Assembly: GCA_964016885.1 (NCBI GenBank)
Contig: OZ024744.1
Coordinates: forward strand, 85,870,001-85,934,000
Direction of reading: 5' to 3'
From: Eledone cirrhosa
Taxonomy: Eukaryota
Length of the DNA stretch: 64,000 nt
Under the pieces are notes generated by a model. The model ran no database searches. It was given only the letters and a program-made list of their open reading frames with translations, and was not told where the DNA came from. A program made the translations under genes and the position numbers. This document shows positions 62,461 through 64,000 of this stretch, in pieces (the first letter of the stretch is position 1; every line of letters begins with the position of its first letter).

Positions 62461-62787
62461 GGGATAGAATGAAACGAAATTTCATTACTCACTCTTAGTA
62501 CGGCACTTACTTAAATGTAAGTATGTATGTATACGTACATAGATATATGTATACAGACGTACAGTAGTATGTATATATATACATACATGCACACATATAT
62601 ATATATGCACGTATCGGTTTACCGAACATTTATTATAATGCTCCGTTTGTTTGTTTGTAAACATTTATCGTTTTCGGTGTGCCCGGCCGACTGAACTCAC
62701 TCGACATGCAAATTAGGCTGCTCAGCCGTTAATATGCATAAGGAAAGTATATACTTTCAGACGTTCAACCATCTGGCAGGAAGGTAT

Positions 62788-62830
62788 ACGATGCTGAGGA
62801 TAGCTAATAAGCTTGAAACTAGTACATCGT
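62788..62830 (+). ncRNA. Complete minimal type I hammerhead (family J module 62518-62965)
   Basis: ACGATG-CTGAGGA-TAGC-TAATAA-GCTT-GAAA-CTAG-TA|CATCGT. Confidence 0.85.
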
Positions 62831-63091
62831 TCCTGTGAGAGTTTTGAACAAAAAGGTGACGTGGTTGCCTAAACACTGTGCGGCGTATAATAAATGTTCG
62901 GTAAACCGATACGTGCATATATATATGTGTGTATGTTGTATGTATATATATACATTCTGTATACAGTCTGTATAAATATATGTATGTATATATATATATA
63001 TATATATATTCATATATATATATAAGTATATATATATATATAAGTATATATATATAAGCATATATATATAAGTATATATATATATATTTAT

Positions 63092-63142
<51 letters not shown>

Positions 63143-63222
63143 TGGATAAATGAACAGAGAACATAAAACAGAGAGGCAGTACAAATGATATGGTTTTTAG
63201 CTTCACGCTTGAGAGTGGGGTG

Positions 63223-63307
<85 letters not shown>

Positions 63308-63457
63308 CGTTTCTGAATTTGTTTAGCATAACAATATATATATATATATATACATAAATATATGTATATACATAAATATATGTACAAACATATATATATT
63401 TAAATATATATAAAAATATATAAATATATATATGTACATGTATATACATACATACAA

Positions 63458-63524
<67 letters not shown>

Positions 63525-63622
63525 GCATACATATATATATACACATGCGCTCACATACAATCACACACACAGTCACACACAAACACACACACACATACAT
63601 ACACACACACACACACACGCAG

Positions 63623-63680
<58 letters not shown>

Positions 63681-63858
63681 ATATATGGCTGAACACGAGG
63701 GAATATGTAACTATATAAGAATTATAAGGATCTCTAGACAAGATAAGAATCGATTCGTTAATCAGAAATATACACTGAAACTGATTCTTTCATAAATAAA
63801 TGGATTAAATTAAACCAGAAAGAAAAACAAACAACAAAAAAACATACATACATAAACG

Positions 63859-63894
<36 letters not shown>

Positions 63895-64000
63895 TGTATG
63901 TATGTATGTATGTATGTATGTATGTATGTATGTATGTATGTATGCATGTGTTTGTATGAATTTGTGTGTGTATGTATGTATGCATGTGTGTATGTATGTA

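Overview
AT-rich, microsatellite-saturated eukaryotic (animal) DNA with no recognisable host gene. The SINE families and repeat landscape resemble an octopus/cephalopod genome (inference). Almost all long ORFs in the track are microsatellite artefacts. The real content is transposable elements: Penelope-like elements (PLEs: RT plus GIY-YIG), RTE-clade LINEs (three copies of one young family, two of them 5'-inverted), a near full-length Tx1/L1-clade LINE plus a truncated relative, an R4/Dong remnant, many tRNA-derived SINEs, a hAT MITE carrying a 108-bp array, and a probable Helitron. The most striking signal is a dense set of short non-coding modules embedded in (AT)n tracts. They belong to about 10 unrelated sequence families and carry type I hammerhead ribozymes (HHRs) that I folded by eye (stem I, CUGANGA, stem II, GAAA, stem III, UH). 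They are usually arranged as head-to-head inverted repeats with one ribozyme per strand. Variants include a ~100-nt stem II and a CAGAAGA core, and many families share a GAGT(A/G)C motif downstream of the ribozyme. Coordinates were counted by hand and may be off by a few bases.
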